A stretch of DNA of 64,000 bases from a bacterium (GTDB taxonomy: Bacteria; Zhuqueibacterota; Zhuqueibacteria; Residuimicrobiales; Krinioviventaceae). This document shows, piece by piece, positions 30,264 through 40,716 of this stretch. A model generated the notes under the pieces. That model searched no databases and was not told the DNA's origin. It saw nothing but the letters and a program-made list of their open reading frames with translations. Each line of letters opens with the position of its first letter. Position 1 is the first letter of the stretch. A program made the translations under genes and the position numbers. The DNA is taken from contig CAXXFV010000003.1 in NCBI GenBank assembly GCA_963674595.2, positions 224,001 to 288,000 on the forward strand. Reading direction: 5' to 3'.

Positions 30264-31379
30264 ATGAACGATCCCAGATATGATAAACTTGCCGATGTCC
30301 TGATACATCATTCTACCCAATTACAAAAAGACGAAAATATTTTAATAGAGGCAATAGATATACCGTCGGAAATGGTTGTTGCGTTAATGCGGAAAGCTAA
30401 AAAGGCCGGGGGCAATCCCTTTGTAACCATTAAACAAAACACAATTCTTCGCGAAATTTATTCATTGTCTTCTGAAAATGCCATGCAGCTTGTTGGCAGC
30501 CTTGAAGCCCAGCGTATGGAAAAAATGGACGCCTATATCGGTCTTCGCGGCAGTTATAACATAAACGAACTTTCGGACGTCCCGGATGCACAGATGAAAA
30601 TCTATCAAAAACATTGGTGGCAGCCTGTACATCTGGATGTACGCGTTCCCAAAACAAAATGGGTTGTACTGCGCTGGCCGCATGCGTCTATGGCACAGCA
30701 GGCGGGTATGAGCACCGAAGCCTTTGAAAAATTTTATTTTGATGTTTGTACAATGGATTATGGTAAAATGTCCAAAGCGATGGACTCTCTCGTAGAGCGT
30801 ATGGAAAAAGCGGACAAGGTGCATATTACAGGTATCGGAACAGATCTTACATTTTCAATAAAAGGTTTCAAGGCTGTTAAATGTGACGGCGGCCGAAACA
30901 TTCCGGACGGCGAGGTGTTTACCGCGCCTGTAAAAAATTCGGTAAACGGGTATATCACCTATACGGCCAAAACCATCTACCAGGGCATTGTACACGAAAA
31001 TATTCGGTTAGAGTTTAGAGACGGCAAAATCATCAAGGCAACATCCGATAAAACAGAGGCTTTAAATAAAGTACTGGATACGGATGAAGGTGCACGATAT
31101 ATCGGTGAATTTGCCTTTGGTCTGAATCCATATATTACCGATCCCATGCTGGATATATTATTTGACGAAAAAATAGGTGGATCTTTTCATTTTACGCCCG
31201 GTGCCGCCTATGATGAAACCGACAATGGCAATAAATCCCAGGTCCATTGGGACATGGTTTGTATACAAACCCCAGAATATGGCGGCGGAGAAATTTATTT
31301 CGATGACGAACTGGTACGTAAAGATGGGCAATTCGTATCCAAAGACTTGTTGGCATTAAATCCGGATAACCTAAAATAA
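30264..31379 (+). CDS. Aminopeptidase (M29, AmpS/PepS family)
   Basis: NIPDGEVFTAP, GEFAFG, LFDEKIGGSFH, N.SQVHWD. Confidence 0.92.
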   Translation: MNDPRYDKLADVLIHHSTQLQKDENILIEAIDIPSEMVVALMRKAKKAGGNPFVTIKQNTILREIYSLSSENAMQLVGSLEAQRMEKMDAYIGLRGSYNINELSDVPDAQMKIYQKHWWQPVHLDVRVPKTKWVVLRWPHASMAQQAGMSTEAFEKFYFDVCTMDYGKMSKAMDSLVERMEKADKVHITGIGTDLTFSIKGFKAVKCDGGRNIPDGEVFTAPVKNSVNGYITYTAKTIYQGIVHENIRLEFRDGKIIKATSDKTEALNKVLDTDEGARYIGEFAFGLNPYITDPMLDILFDEKIGGSFHFTPGAAYDETDNGNKSQVHWDMVCIQTPEYGGGEIYFDDELVRKDGQFVSKDLLALNPDNLK

Positions 31380-31395
31380 TTAAACGGAGTATCTA

Positions 31396-31611
31396 ATGAA
31401 GGTGTCAATAGAATATTGTGCGGTGTGAAACTATTATCCATATGCTGCCAGGTTGGCAGATGCAATAAAACAAAAATTTAATATTACAGCAGATCTGATA
31501 AAATCGAGCGGCGGCGTCTTTGAAATACATAAAGACGGGCAATTAATATTTTCAAAAAGACAAACTGGACGTTTTCCGGAAACGGACGAAATACTGGAAA
31601 AGCTATTATAA
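31396..31611 (+). CDS. SelW/SelT/SelH (Rdx family) selenoprotein, UGA = Sec at 31426-31428
   Basis: GGAG RBS; MKVSIEYCAV-U-NYYPYAARLADAI...SSGGVFEIHKDGQLIFSKRQTGRFPETDEIL (71 aa), CxxU motif, SECIS-like hairpin; not in the ORF track. Confidence 0.9.
31445..31459 (+). promoter_or_regulatory. Bacterial SECIS element
   Basis: CTGCCA-GGT-TGGCAG hairpin with a G-starting loop 22 nt after the UGA. Confidence 0.75.
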
Positions 31612-31646
31612 AGGAGCACGTTACGTCAACAACAAAAAACACAGAT

Positions 31647-32690
31647 ATGCAAATAGCAGCAGCACTTTCAGATGCCAAAAATCTGGAATTCATTAAAGCT
31701 TTGGATAGGCTGGAAAATTTAACAGAAGAACCCGTCAAAACTTTAACCCTAATTTTACAGGCACGATGTTATTTGGGAATTGATGATTGGGCAAAAGCAG
31801 AAAAATGTTATAAAAATATCCTTAAAACATGCAAACCGGATGAATATTTCGAACGGGCAGAGGCAGAACTCATTCTGGGGCAAACAGAAAACGCCTTGAA
31901 ATCATTTCATGCCGGACTACAAGTAAACCAGGAAAATGGCGAGGCTTATTTTTTAAACGGATTGGTTAATTATAAAACCGGACGAGTAGTAGCAGCGTTG
32001 CAGGAAATTCGTAAAGCTATTGAAAACAACTTCGAGTGGGAAGATGACGACCCTGCTGACCAGGTCGTTCAACATACACTCGCTTTGGAAGAATTTCACG
32101 ATTTTGAGCATTTATATCTGGATATATTTGATGAATTGTTGAATAATCAACAAAATCCGCAAAACCGTTGGCTTTCAATCAATATTCCGATTTATGAATT
32201 TTATACGGAAAAAAATCCTGAAAAACAACTGTTAAAAGCCTATTCGATCGCACAAATGTTTTCCAGTGAGTTTGACATGGCTTTTTTAAAAAACGGCAAA
32301 CAACAGTTGCAAAAAATTATAGATGATTTTGCCAAAAGTGAAACCGACGCTCACTTTGGTCTGGAAGCAAAAAAATTATTTCAGGAAGAAAAATACCAGG
32401 AAATATCAAACCTGGTGTTAGCAATGGTGTTGGAACATTTAAAAGAGTTTTCACATATTTTTGCTTTAAAAAAGGAAATTTTTCAGGCGTCAGATTTGCA
32501 GGGACTCGTGCGAATTCTACCGTTACAAATAGCACGTTCATTAATGTTTTTATACGCATCCAGCGCGCCGGAAGACCAATTAAAGCAATTTATCCAACAG
32601 GATATAAACATAGAATATATAGCTGGTCTAACAGCAGCCGGTTTTATAACATTTTACAATCAAATTGACAAATATAAAAAAATAACATAA
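31647..32690 (+). CDS. TPR-containing hypothetical protein
   Basis: N-terminal TPR-like helices (ARCYLG..AEKCY; EAYFLNGLV..KAI). Confidence 0.7.
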   Translation: MQIAAALSDAKNLEFIKALDRLENLTEEPVKTLTLILQARCYLGIDDWAKAEKCYKNILKTCKPDEYFERAEAELILGQTENALKSFHAGLQVNQENGEAYFLNGLVNYKTGRVVAALQEIRKAIENNFEWEDDDPADQVVQHTLALEEFHDFEHLYLDIFDELLNNQQNPQNRWLSINIPIYEFYTEKNPEKQLLKAYSIAQMFSSEFDMAFLKNGKQQLQKIIDDFAKSETDAHFGLEAKKLFQEEKYQEISNLVLAMVLEHLKEFSHIFALKKEIFQASDLQGLVRILPLQIARSLMFLYASSAPEDQLKQFIQQDINIEYIAGLTAAGFITFYNQIDKYKKIT

Positions 32691-32755
32691 AACGTTTCAT
32701 AATTGGGAAAGAGAATAAATTTTAAATTTTTCCCAAACTAAAGGAGGGCCCATCT

Positions 32756-34306
32756 ATGTTAGCTGAATTTTACAATGAACCTTACAGTAACTTTGCAGAT
32801 ATTCAAATCAAAACAGCGCAGGAAAAGGCATTAGAAAGCGTCAGGGCAAAATTTAATAATGAATACAAACTTTTCATTGATGGCAAACATGTAAAAAGCG
32901 ATCGTCTGCACAAAAGTTATAATCCGGCAAACAGCGATCAGGTTGTCGGTACGTTCCATAAAGCCGGTAAACATGAAGTTGACCTGGCAATGGACGCTGC
33001 GTTAAGGGCCTTTGAAAAATGGCGCTGGGTGGCCCCCAAAGAACGAGCCATTGTGCTTTTAAAAGCTGCTCAAATTATGCGCAAAAGAAAATATGAAATT
33101 AATGCCTGGATGATTTATGAAACGGGTAAAAGCTGGATTGAAGCCGAGGCTGACACGTCCGAAGCGATTGATTTCCTCGATTTTTATGCACGTGAAATGA
33201 TTAGATGGAGTGAAATTAAAGGCGTCACACCATTTCCCAATGAATATCCGGAACTTTCTTATATCCCGCTGGGTGTCGGCGCTGTTATTCCGCCCTGGAA
33301 TTTTCCCATGGCGATTTTGACAGGGATGACAGCAGCAGCAATTGTCACCGGCAACACTGTTTTGCTAAAACCAGCCAGTGATTCACCAACAATCGGTTAC
33401 CAACTTGTAGAAATTATGCAGGAAGCAGGGCTGCCGGAGGGAGTATTAAATTATATACCCGGAAGCGGCAGTGAAATCGGAGATTATCTCGTTCAACACC
33501 CAAAAACTCGATTTATTTCCTTTACCGGCTCAAAAGAAGTCGGATTACGGATTATTGAACTGGCAGCACGCCCCTCCCCTGGTCAAATTTGGGTTAAACG
33601 TGTTATTGCTGAAATGGGCGGTAAAGACACAATTATCGTAGACAGCGATGCAAATCTGGATGATGCGGCAACAAACATTGTGGCTTCTGCCTATGGATTT
33701 CAGGGCCAAAAATGCTCGGCATGTTCGCGTGCTATTATTTTGGAAGATGTGTATGAAGAGATTACCGAACTGATTGTAGAAAAAACAAAAAAACTCACAG
33801 TAGGGGCAACTGAAAATCCCAATAATTATATGGGACCGGTTATAAATAAGAGCTCTGAAGAAAAAATCCTTTCATATATCGACATCGGAAAAAAAGAAGG
33901 AAAGCTTGCTGTGGGTGGAGAAAAAATATCGGATGAGGGTTATTTTATTACACCGACTGTTTTTAAAGATATTCAACCCGGAGCAAGGCTGGATCAGGAA
34001 GAAATTTTTGGACCGGTGCTGGCGCTGATTAAAGCCAAAACTTTTGACGAAGCTATCAATATTGCCAATAGTACGGAATACGGACTCACCGGGGCCGTAT
34101 ACTCTAAAAACCGTTTTAAAATTGAAATGGCTAAAAAGAAATTTCATGTTGGTAATTTATATATTAACCGAAAATGTACGGGAGCAATGGTAGGGGCACA
34201 TCCGTTCGGCGGATTTAATATGAGTGGTACAGATTCCAAAGCAGGAGGACAGGACTATCTCGGATTATTTATGCAGGCAAAATCTATTTCAGAAAAACTT
34301 TTATAA
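32756..34306 (+). CDS. pruA: L-glutamate gamma-semialdehyde (P5C) dehydrogenase, RocA/PruA type
   Basis: [54 protein letters not shown]. Confidence 0.93.
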   Translation: MLAEFYNEPYSNFADIQIKTAQEKALESVRAKFNNEYKLFIDGKHVKSDRLHKSYNPANSDQVVGTFHKAGKHEVDLAMDAALRAFEKWRWVAPKERAIVLLKAAQIMRKRKYEINAWMIYETGKSWIEAEADTSEAIDFLDFYAREMIRWSEIKGVTPFPNEYPELSYIPLGVGAVIPPWNFPMAILTGMTAAAIVTGNTVLLKPASDSPTIGYQLVEIMQEAGLPEGVLNYIPGSGSEIGDYLVQHPKTRFISFTGSKEVGLRIIELAARPSPGQIWVKRVIAEMGGKDTIIVDSDANLDDAATNIVASAYGFQGQKCSACSRAIILEDVYEEITELIVEKTKKLTVGATENPNNYMGPVINKSSEEKILSYIDIGKKEGKLAVGGEKISDEGYFITPTVFKDIQPGARLDQEEIFGPVLALIKAKTFDEAINIANSTEYGLTGAVYSKNRFKIEMAKKKFHVGNLYINRKCTGAMVGAHPFGGFNMSGTDSKAGGQDYLGLFMQAKSISEKLL

Positions 34307-34313
34307 CATAAAA

Positions 34314-34341
34314 AAAGCGGCGCTAACAAATGCGCCGCTTT
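34314..34341. terminator. Bidirectional intrinsic terminator
   Basis: aaagcggcgc-taacaaat-gcgccgcttt between convergent genes. Confidence 0.75.
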
Positions 34342-34347
34342 AATATA

Positions 34348-34866
34348 TTAAAACCAGTATCTATGTAATGGAGGGCACCCACCTGGGCCACAACCATCTT
34401 TACCTTGCGGATCAAAACATCTTTTTCCCATCTTTCCGGGTCCGCGAAATCCCATATCAAATTTGTGTTCATCCCAAATCTTTTTTTGATCATCCGAAAG
34501 GATGCTTCGCATTTTAAAACGATGGGCAACATTTTTCTTTTCAAGTTCAGCTTTTACTTTACTCTTTTCATCTATGATATTTGAAATTTTATTCATATCC
34601 GGATTTTCATCCAGACAAACTTCTTCCATATCAAGTCTAAGAATTTCCAGTTTATTCTTTAACGGTAAAATCTCTTTCTGATGGGCAATTCTCAGTTCAG
34701 CAAAAGCTTCCTTTTGATCTTCTGTTAATTGTAATTTTTCTTGCAGCATCTCTCTTTTTCCCGGGAAATCTGCTTTACCTCTGTCTCTTGGAGGCATCTG
34801 AGCAAATAACGAACCCGTAAAAATGAGCGCCAGCACTAAACAACTAAAAAATGTTTTATTTTTCAT
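34348..34866 (-). CDS. Spy/CpxP family periplasmic chaperone (LTxxQ)
   Basis: Signal peptide; LQLTEDQ...LSDDQK. Confidence 0.85.
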   Translation of the reverse strand: MKNKTFFSCLVLALIFTGSLFAQMPPRDRGKADFPGKREMLQEKLQLTEDQKEAFAELRIAHQKEILPLKNKLEILRLDMEEVCLDENPDMNKISNIIDEKSKVKAELEKKNVAHRFKMRSILSDDQKKIWDEHKFDMGFRGPGKMGKRCFDPQGKDGCGPGGCPPLHRYWF

Positions 34867-34868
34867 AT

Positions 34869-35381
34869 CTATTCTCCTTGTTCTCTTTTGTTCATTGATT
34901 TTTTATGCCCGAAATCTCGAGGACCTTTTTTAAACGCTCTTTCTCGAAATAAAAAGTTTTCAATAACAGGTTTCCAAAAATCATCAGGCATTTTCTCTTT
35001 TAAACCTAAAAAATGAGTTACAGTTAAAAATTCAATTTTAGCTTTTATATGTTCAATTGCTTCAACAGATACTTTAATCGAATCCATGTCAGGTTCATCT
35101 CCCAACAGTTCCTGAAACAATTTTTCTCTTTCAACATTAATCTGGGCAAACAACGGTTCAATTTTACTAAAATGTTCTTTTCTGGCATCGCGCAAAAAGT
35201 TACTTTCCTCAGGAGGAAATTTCATCTCTGCACCCTGTGGGCCACCTGGGCCTTCATGCATTGGGAAAGGCGGCTCCGGTGGCGGCATTTTTTTCATTTT
35301 CCACAGGTAAAACAATGTGCCCAAAACTGAAATATTTATAGCTAAAGAAAACAATAAAACAGCTAATGTCCACTTTTTCAT
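34869..35381 (-). CDS. Periplasmic heavy-metal-sensor/CpxP-like membrane-anchored protein
   Basis: SLAINI TM anchor, Pro-rich linker, helical domain with EPD. Confidence 0.7.
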   Translation of the reverse strand: MKKWTLAVLLFSLAINISVLGTLFYLWKMKKMPPPEPPFPMHEGPGGPQGAEMKFPPEESNFLRDARKEHFSKIEPLFAQINVEREKLFQELLGDEPDMDSIKVSVEAIEHIKAKIEFLTVTHFLGLKEKMPDDFWKPVIENFLFRERAFKKGPRDFGHKKSMNKREQGE

Positions 35382-35393
35382 AACGTCCTCAAA

Positions 35394-35852
35394 TTACTTT
35401 TCACTAACTTCAAATACCAATTCAGAATATTGCTGAACCAGCGATGTTTCTGAAATTTTTGTAATAACCGAATTATAGTCTGCCAGACTTTTATAATTTG
35501 TTGAATCATTATCAAACCGGGTGTATAATTGTGAGCCTAATAAAAATCCTACAAATAATCCTGCTGCCACGGTTGCCGGGAGTAAAACCTTTTCACTAAA
35601 ATGAAAAACCTTTTCCCACCAGTGTTCAGAAACAGGCTTTCTTAACTCGGCCCGGACACGCGTCAGCAAGAATGGCGCTTTTTCAGCTCCAGGGATAGAA
35701 CCCAAGAGGGAATCCACCCTTTTCAATTGTTCAAGTTCAGTTCGGCACTTTTCACAACTTGCCAGGTGCTTTTCAACAAGTTCCAATACACTTCCTTGAA
35801 CTTCTCCATCCAGGTAAGCAGAGAATTTTTTACTTATTTTTGTACACTTCAT
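35394..35852 (-). CDS. Zinc-binding anti-sigma factor (zf-HC2)
   Basis: C...SAYLDGE...HLASCEKC plus a TM helix. Confidence 0.88.
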   Translation of the reverse strand: MKCTKISKKFSAYLDGEVQGSVLELVEKHLASCEKCRTELEQLKRVDSLLGSIPGAEKAPFLLTRVRAELRKPVSEHWWEKVFHFSEKVLLPATVAAGLFVGFLLGSQLYTRFDNDSTNYKSLADYNSVITKISETSLVQQYSELVFEVSEK

Positions 35853-35878
35853 AATAAACTCTTTAGTTATACAATTAA

Positions 35879-36448
35879 TTAGTTTATATAATTCGATAAA
35901 TTTTTCGCCAACGCCAATTTTGCCCTATGCAACCGCGATTCAACAGAAGAAACAGTGGTATTCATAACATCAGCAATTTCCTTATAAGACAGTCCTTCAA
36001 ACCGGTGCAAAATAACGGCTGTTCGCTGATTTTTAGGAAGTTGATTGACAGCATAAATTACCATTTCTTTTAATTCTTTTTTTTCCATATCCTGCATCGG
36101 ATTGTTAGTGTCTTCAATTTTTTCTAACAGGCTATTTTCATTTTGATCGTTTTTTGAAAAAATACTGGTTAGTTTTTTTCTTTTCCTGGCACGCAAAACA
36201 TTATAACAATGATTTATACAAATTCGATACAACCAGGTTGTAAATTGTGCATCCGGTTTAAACTTGGGCAACGCACGATATACTTTAATAAATATCTCCT
36301 GGGCGGCATCTTGAGAATCCGTATCATCTTGTAAAAGGCGATAACAAGTATTTAAAACAATCATTTGATACTTTTTAAAAAGAGTATCAAATGCCTGCTC
36401 ATCTCCGGCTTTGAATTTTTCTATTAATTGTTGATCCTGCATTTCCAT
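35879..36448 (-). CDS. ECF RNA polymerase sigma factor
   Basis: DAAQEIFIK, FTTWLYRI, EGLSYKEIA..V.SRLHRAK. Confidence 0.93.
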   Translation of the reverse strand: MEMQDQQLIEKFKAGDEQAFDTLFKKYQMIVLNTCYRLLQDDTDSQDAAQEIFIKVYRALPKFKPDAQFTTWLYRICINHCYNVLRARKRKKLTSIFSKNDQNENSLLEKIEDTNNPMQDMEKKELKEMVIYAVNQLPKNQRTAVILHRFEGLSYKEIADVMNTTVSSVESRLHRAKLALAKNLSNYIN

Positions 36449-36503
36449 TCCGTTTTATAAATTAAACACCACAATGAATAAAAACTTGCATCAACATAAA
36501 AAA

Positions 36504-36537
36504 AAACTCCTAAAGAAACCATATTCTTTAGGAGTTT
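36504..36537 (-). terminator. Intrinsic terminator after the GWxTD gene
   Basis: aaactcctaaagaa-accata-ttctttaggagttt, with the A-run on the plus side. Confidence 0.75.
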
Positions 36538-36568
36538 AATGATTTTTTGAAAAAAATAAAATAAAAAT

Positions 36569-37981
36569 TTAACGAAGTGCGGGTTTTATCCAGCGTTCCC
36601 AATCAGAATCATGCATTTCTTTCCTGGCAGTTGAATGGACCAATTCAAATTCGCCCATATTATTTTTATCAACAAAATAAAATTTAACACCACCTTGAAC
36701 ATCGTTATAAACCCAAATTTCATAACCACGGACTTCAAGCGTTGAAGGAAACCGTTGTACCTCACTCGGAGTACCATAAACCATTAAAACACGACCTTTA
36801 TCAGATTTCCATCCGCCTCTTAGAGTTCCTTTAAAATTAGCGTCAGCATACTTTGCCCCGCCTAAATAGTTTAAACGATATTCATTTTGCGGAGTTTCCG
36901 GACTTTTGTCCCGTTCTTTCCAGAAATCATATAAAAACTGTGGTTTTTCTTTAAAAGCTAATTTTTCATACTCTGATCTTTCTGATCTTTTGGAAATGTA
37001 TTTTGTATACTCAAATTCCGCGTCCAATTGTTCTTCGGATAATGTATTATAATAACTTAACAGTTTATCTTCCTGTTCTTTGCTGGATTGTTCTGCTATT
37101 TTTTCTTTAGTAAAATCACCGGCACGATAGACAAAAAATCTTGAATTTGCCATAACAACATCCTTACTGTCCCAATCTTCAACACGAACAACCATTTGAT
37201 AGGTCCCGGAATGTAATGTCACAACATTAATTCCTTTAACAGCAACTGCCGACAACCCAGGTTTTTGTCTTTCAACTGCCGAAACATCCTTTACAACGTT
37301 ACCCTTTTCATCTAATATTTGGTAACTAATACGATAAGTACCTGTGCCATTATTTTCAACCGGAGACAAATTATATATTTCCAAATAACTGTAAGCAATA
37401 GGAGCATGTAATCCGAAAATTCGGTCAGCACTCGGAAAAACTTTATACCCATTTTTTACATAAACACTTGGAGAATTATCAGGTTGTATAGAGCAAGCCA
37501 ATTGCAAATCACTGATTTGAAGGTTTGTTTTTGAAAACTCTCGAATATTGATCTTTGTAGAATCTTCAAAACCAATCTCGGAATTTAAATCGCGAATAGT
37601 AAATAAAATTTTATACTCACCAGGTATCAGACTAAACGTACTTAGGTTAAATAGCTGTTTGCCTTCAGATATCTGAGACAAACTATCAACATCGGTTTTA
37701 TTCTGTACTATTTTAAAATCAATAACAGAATCTTGCTTTACAATAGTTGTTACGGTTTCATATCCGGCTTCATAGGCACCTTCTTTTTCAACAAAGGTGA
37801 GCGACTTTTGGTTAACAGTTGAATAAACTTCAAGATAAGTTTTATTCTCAGCATAAAAAAATTGTGCTAAATGAACAGAATATTCCAAAGCAGGGGGCTC
37901 TGCCTGCTGAGCGTATACGGCAAAGCATGTTAAAAACGGCAAGCCAAAAATAAAATACAACATTCGTTTCAATGATCTCAT
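36569..37981 (-). CDS. GWxTD domain-containing secreted protein
   Basis: FWKERD..PET..NE, GWKSDKGRVLMVYG.P, YEIW.Y, FVD. Confidence 0.88.
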   Translation of the reverse strand: MRSLKRMLYFIFGLPFLTCFAVYAQQAEPPALEYSVHLAQFFYAENKTYLEVYSTVNQKSLTFVEKEGAYEAGYETVTTIVKQDSVIDFKIVQNKTDVDSLSQISEGKQLFNLSTFSLIPGEYKILFTIRDLNSEIGFEDSTKINIREFSKTNLQISDLQLACSIQPDNSPSVYVKNGYKVFPSADRIFGLHAPIAYSYLEIYNLSPVENNGTGTYRISYQILDEKGNVVKDVSAVERQKPGLSAVAVKGINVVTLHSGTYQMVVRVEDWDSKDVVMANSRFFVYRAGDFTKEKIAEQSSKEQEDKLLSYYNTLSEEQLDAEFEYTKYISKRSERSEYEKLAFKEKPQFLYDFWKERDKSPETPQNEYRLNYLGGAKYADANFKGTLRGGWKSDKGRVLMVYGTPSEVQRFPSTLEVRGYEIWVYNDVQGGVKFYFVDKNNMGEFELVHSTARKEMHDSDWERWIKPALR

Positions 37982-38036
37982 AATATTCCCTTTCTTAAAA
38001 GTAAATCGATCCTGATAATTTTAAAAACTCTATTAA

Positions 38037-39047
38037 TTACATTTTTGAATTCGCAAACAAACCAGACTTTCCAAGATCACTTTGATTTATGAAATTATAG
38101 TACTTTTTGTAGCTTGAAAGAGCCCTTTCTGCTTCAGATGAGTTTGGGAAACGTTCGTAAAAATCTAAAAATACTAAAAAATAAAGCGGAATTGTGTTCC
38201 AATTAATTTTCCATTTGTTATAAAGAGCAGGTTTAATAATGTCATTTAAATAGTCATTATCATAAAGGTTATCTTTTTTTTCAATTAATTTTACATGTTT
38301 CAAGTGACATAAATAAATATTATGGCTTATTTGATCGTGTACAAGTGAATTATTAGTAGCTTTTAATAGTGTATAAAATCTTTTTATTTCGTTAACATAA
38401 TTATTTTGTATTGAATCTGTTGAAAACGTTTTATAAGTAATGGTTGAAACAATCCAGACTCCTACAGGTTTGTTCAACTCCTGCGCAGGTTTGTAACGAT
38501 AAGTTTGACAGTATTCAAGTGCAGCGCTATCAAGTAATGTGAAACCAGATGATTGCTGAATATTTGGCTGGCTAACGTATCCATCTTTATCCACAAAAAA
38601 CTTTAAAATTACACTTCCCTCTTCACCTTTTTCTTTTGCAGAGTTTGGATAATTTAAAACCGGCCTGTCAATTAATTCAGGAGAACGTATTTCATGTTCT
38701 ATTCTTTCCGAGCTGTTAATTTGTTTCCTTGTAGAATGTCCCTTATATAGCACTAATGTGCAATTATCTAGTATTTTATATTCTATATTTGATCTAGTTT
38801 TCAGTTGATCAAATACGTTATAGAGCTTAATGGGGCCGTTACTAAAAGTAAATGATACATTATCCACAATTTCATCAAAATAAATAAAATTTATATCAGT
38901 TTGGTTCGAAATTTGTTTTAAAACACTTTTTAATGAACTATTGTTAATAATCGAAATCGTCTCATTTGTCAATTTGGATGCGGTCATGCCAAACCGGCTT
39001 GAAACAAACAAACTCAAAAATAAAAATGTGTATATATATTTTTTCAT
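38037..39047 (-). CDS. STN-like domain fused to a TonB C-terminal domain (no beta-barrel)
   Basis: Signal peptide; STN-like SLKSVLKQISNQTDINFIY; TonB_C YP..AK..G.EG.V...F.VDKDG....SSG...LD.AA. Confidence 0.75.
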   Translation of the reverse strand: MKKYIYTFLFLSLFVSSRFGMTASKLTNETISIINNSSLKSVLKQISNQTDINFIYFDEIVDNVSFTFSNGPIKLYNVFDQLKTRSNIEYKILDNCTLVLYKGHSTRKQINSSERIEHEIRSPELIDRPVLNYPNSAKEKGEEGSVILKFFVDKDGYVSQPNIQQSSGFTLLDSAALEYCQTYRYKPAQELNKPVGVWIVSTITYKTFSTDSIQNNYVNEIKRFYTLLKATNNSLVHDQISHNIYLCHLKHVKLIEKKDNLYDNDYLNDIIKPALYNKWKINWNTIPLYFLVFLDFYERFPNSSEAERALSSYKKYYNFINQSDLGKSGLFANSKM

Positions 39048-40051
39048 TTATTTTTTCTTAAAAGATATTGGGTATCATTTTTATCAAACGAATAACCATC
39101 ATTGGTTGCCAGGCAAATGGATTGCAAAACTTTTTCCACTGTTGCCTCTTTAAAAAGAGCTGTTATTGTTGTTTTGAGCAAGCCCTCATCATCAACATCA
39201 ATATTTACATTAAATCTTCTTTCCAGTTCAGAAACAACCTCAGCCACAGGTGTTTTTTCAAAAACCAACACTCCGTTTTGCCATTGTAACAAATATTCAG
39301 CATCAATATTTTCTGCAGGGCTCGATGTTCCTTTTGCGTCTATCTGGGCCATTTGATCAGTATAAAGGTCAAGACCTTTGGCATAAGAGCTGTCGGATAA
39401 GAGCTGGACATGTCCTTCCTTGACAATAACACGCGTTTTATTGTCCCGACACCACACATTAAAGGTCGTCCCTTTAACCAGTGTTTGTGCATTATCTGTA
39501 ATTACAGCAAAAGGGCGTCTGTCTTTTGTAACATGGAATAACGCTTCACCCTGTAAATGGACTTGCCTCTTATCACTTGAAAATTTATTCTTAAAAGTTA
39601 TAGAACTTGCCGAATTTAAAACAACTGTGCTATTGTCTGAAAATGTGTATTCGGTTATTTGTCCGTTTGCTGTTGTTAGAAAAATAGTTTGATTTTTTAC
39701 AAATCCCTCCCACAAAAACAAACTTGTGCAGAAAATTAACAAAACCGCCATAGCATAACCGATAACCACTCTTTTTTCAAAATGTAATCTGATAACATCC
39801 ATCAGGGACAAATGCACTTTTGTTTCCGGTTTTATGTTAAATCGTTTTTCAAAATTGTCCCAGGATCGCTGCACATTAATATCAATTGCGAGTTCGGGCT
39901 GTTTTTGCGAATTCCATGTTTCCGTGATTTGGTTATAAAATTGGTTATTACTTTTATTTTGTAATTCATTCTCAAATTGCTTTTGTTCTTTATCTGAAAG
40001 ATGGTCTGTAATTTTTTTAACACACAATTTTTCAAAACGGGCTTTATTCAT
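39044..40051 (-). CDS. FecR family anti-sigma/transmembrane sensor
   Basis: Central TM; DNSTVVLNSAS, VHLQGEALFHV, VKGTTFNV, WQNGVLVF, ELERRFNV. Confidence 0.92.
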   Translation of the reverse strand: MNKARFEKLCVKKITDHLSDKEQKQFENELQNKSNNQFYNQITETWNSQKQPELAIDINVQRSWDNFEKRFNIKPETKVHLSLMDVIRLHFEKRVVIGYAMAVLLIFCTSLFLWEGFVKNQTIFLTTANGQITEYTFSDNSTVVLNSASSITFKNKFSSDKRQVHLQGEALFHVTKDRRPFAVITDNAQTLVKGTTFNVWCRDNKTRVIVKEGHVQLLSDSSYAKGLDLYTDQMAQIDAKGTSSPAENIDAEYLLQWQNGVLVFEKTPVAEVVSELERRFNVNIDVDDEGLLKTTITALFKEATVEKVLQSICLATNDGYSFDKNDTQYLLRKNK

Positions 40052-40104
40052 TATAAATCCTGATTAATGGTTCATATACATAGACGTATAAACTTTTAAA
40101 ACAC

Positions 40105-40650
40105 CTACATTTTATTTTTATCTTTACATAAAAATTGCAGTTTTTTTATGGCTGTATATAAGCGTTTTTCAACTGTTTTGGGAGAAACTTGCAAAACATT
40201 GGCAATTTCTTTGATTTTAAGTCCCTGATAACGGCTCAGTAAAAAAGGAGTTTTTAATTTTTCAGGTAACTGATTAACAGCATTTTCCACATCAATCATA
40301 GTGGTTAGAGCATTACTGTTTTCAAAAACAGGTTCATAGTCAGTATTTTTAGTAAAAGTCATTTTGTATCTGGATTTTTTTCGATATCGGTCAATAACGA
40401 GTCGATTTGCGATTTGAAAAAGGTAGGCTTTGAATGAAGTATTTATTATAATTTTGGAATGATTTTGCCACAATTTAAAAAAAACATCCTGTACAATGTC
40501 TTCTAATTCATCAGGCTCATTATAATGATAGGCGGTAAACTGTATTAACTTTTTAAAATATCTAAAATATAGTGCCTTAAATGCAGAATAATTCCCCTTC
40601 TGAAGCTCAAGGGCAAGTTGTTCATCGCTGCTATCTTTAAAATCTTCCAT
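40105..40650 (-). CDS. ECF sigma factor (FecI-like)
   Basis: EDIVQDVF.KLW, SFKAYLF, FLLSRYQGL..KEIA..L.VS.KTVE; upstream TTGACT-17-TACCTT promoter. Confidence 0.92.
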   Translation of the reverse strand: MEDFKDSSDEQLALELQKGNYSAFKALYFRYFKKLIQFTAYHYNEPDELEDIVQDVFFKLWQNHSKIIINTSFKAYLFQIANRLVIDRYRKKSRYKMTFTKNTDYEPVFENSNALTTMIDVENAVNQLPEKLKTPFLLSRYQGLKIKEIANVLQVSPKTVEKRLYTAIKKLQFLCKDKNKM

Positions 40651-40716
40651 ATTTTCCCTTTTAATGAAAAATAAGGTATCAAATTTTAAAAAGATAGTCA
40701 AATAATTTTTGGCAAA

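Noticed and set aside
34348-36448. ECF/zf-HC2/two CpxP-like genes as a novel system
   Set aside because: A widespread, already described envelope-stress arrangement.
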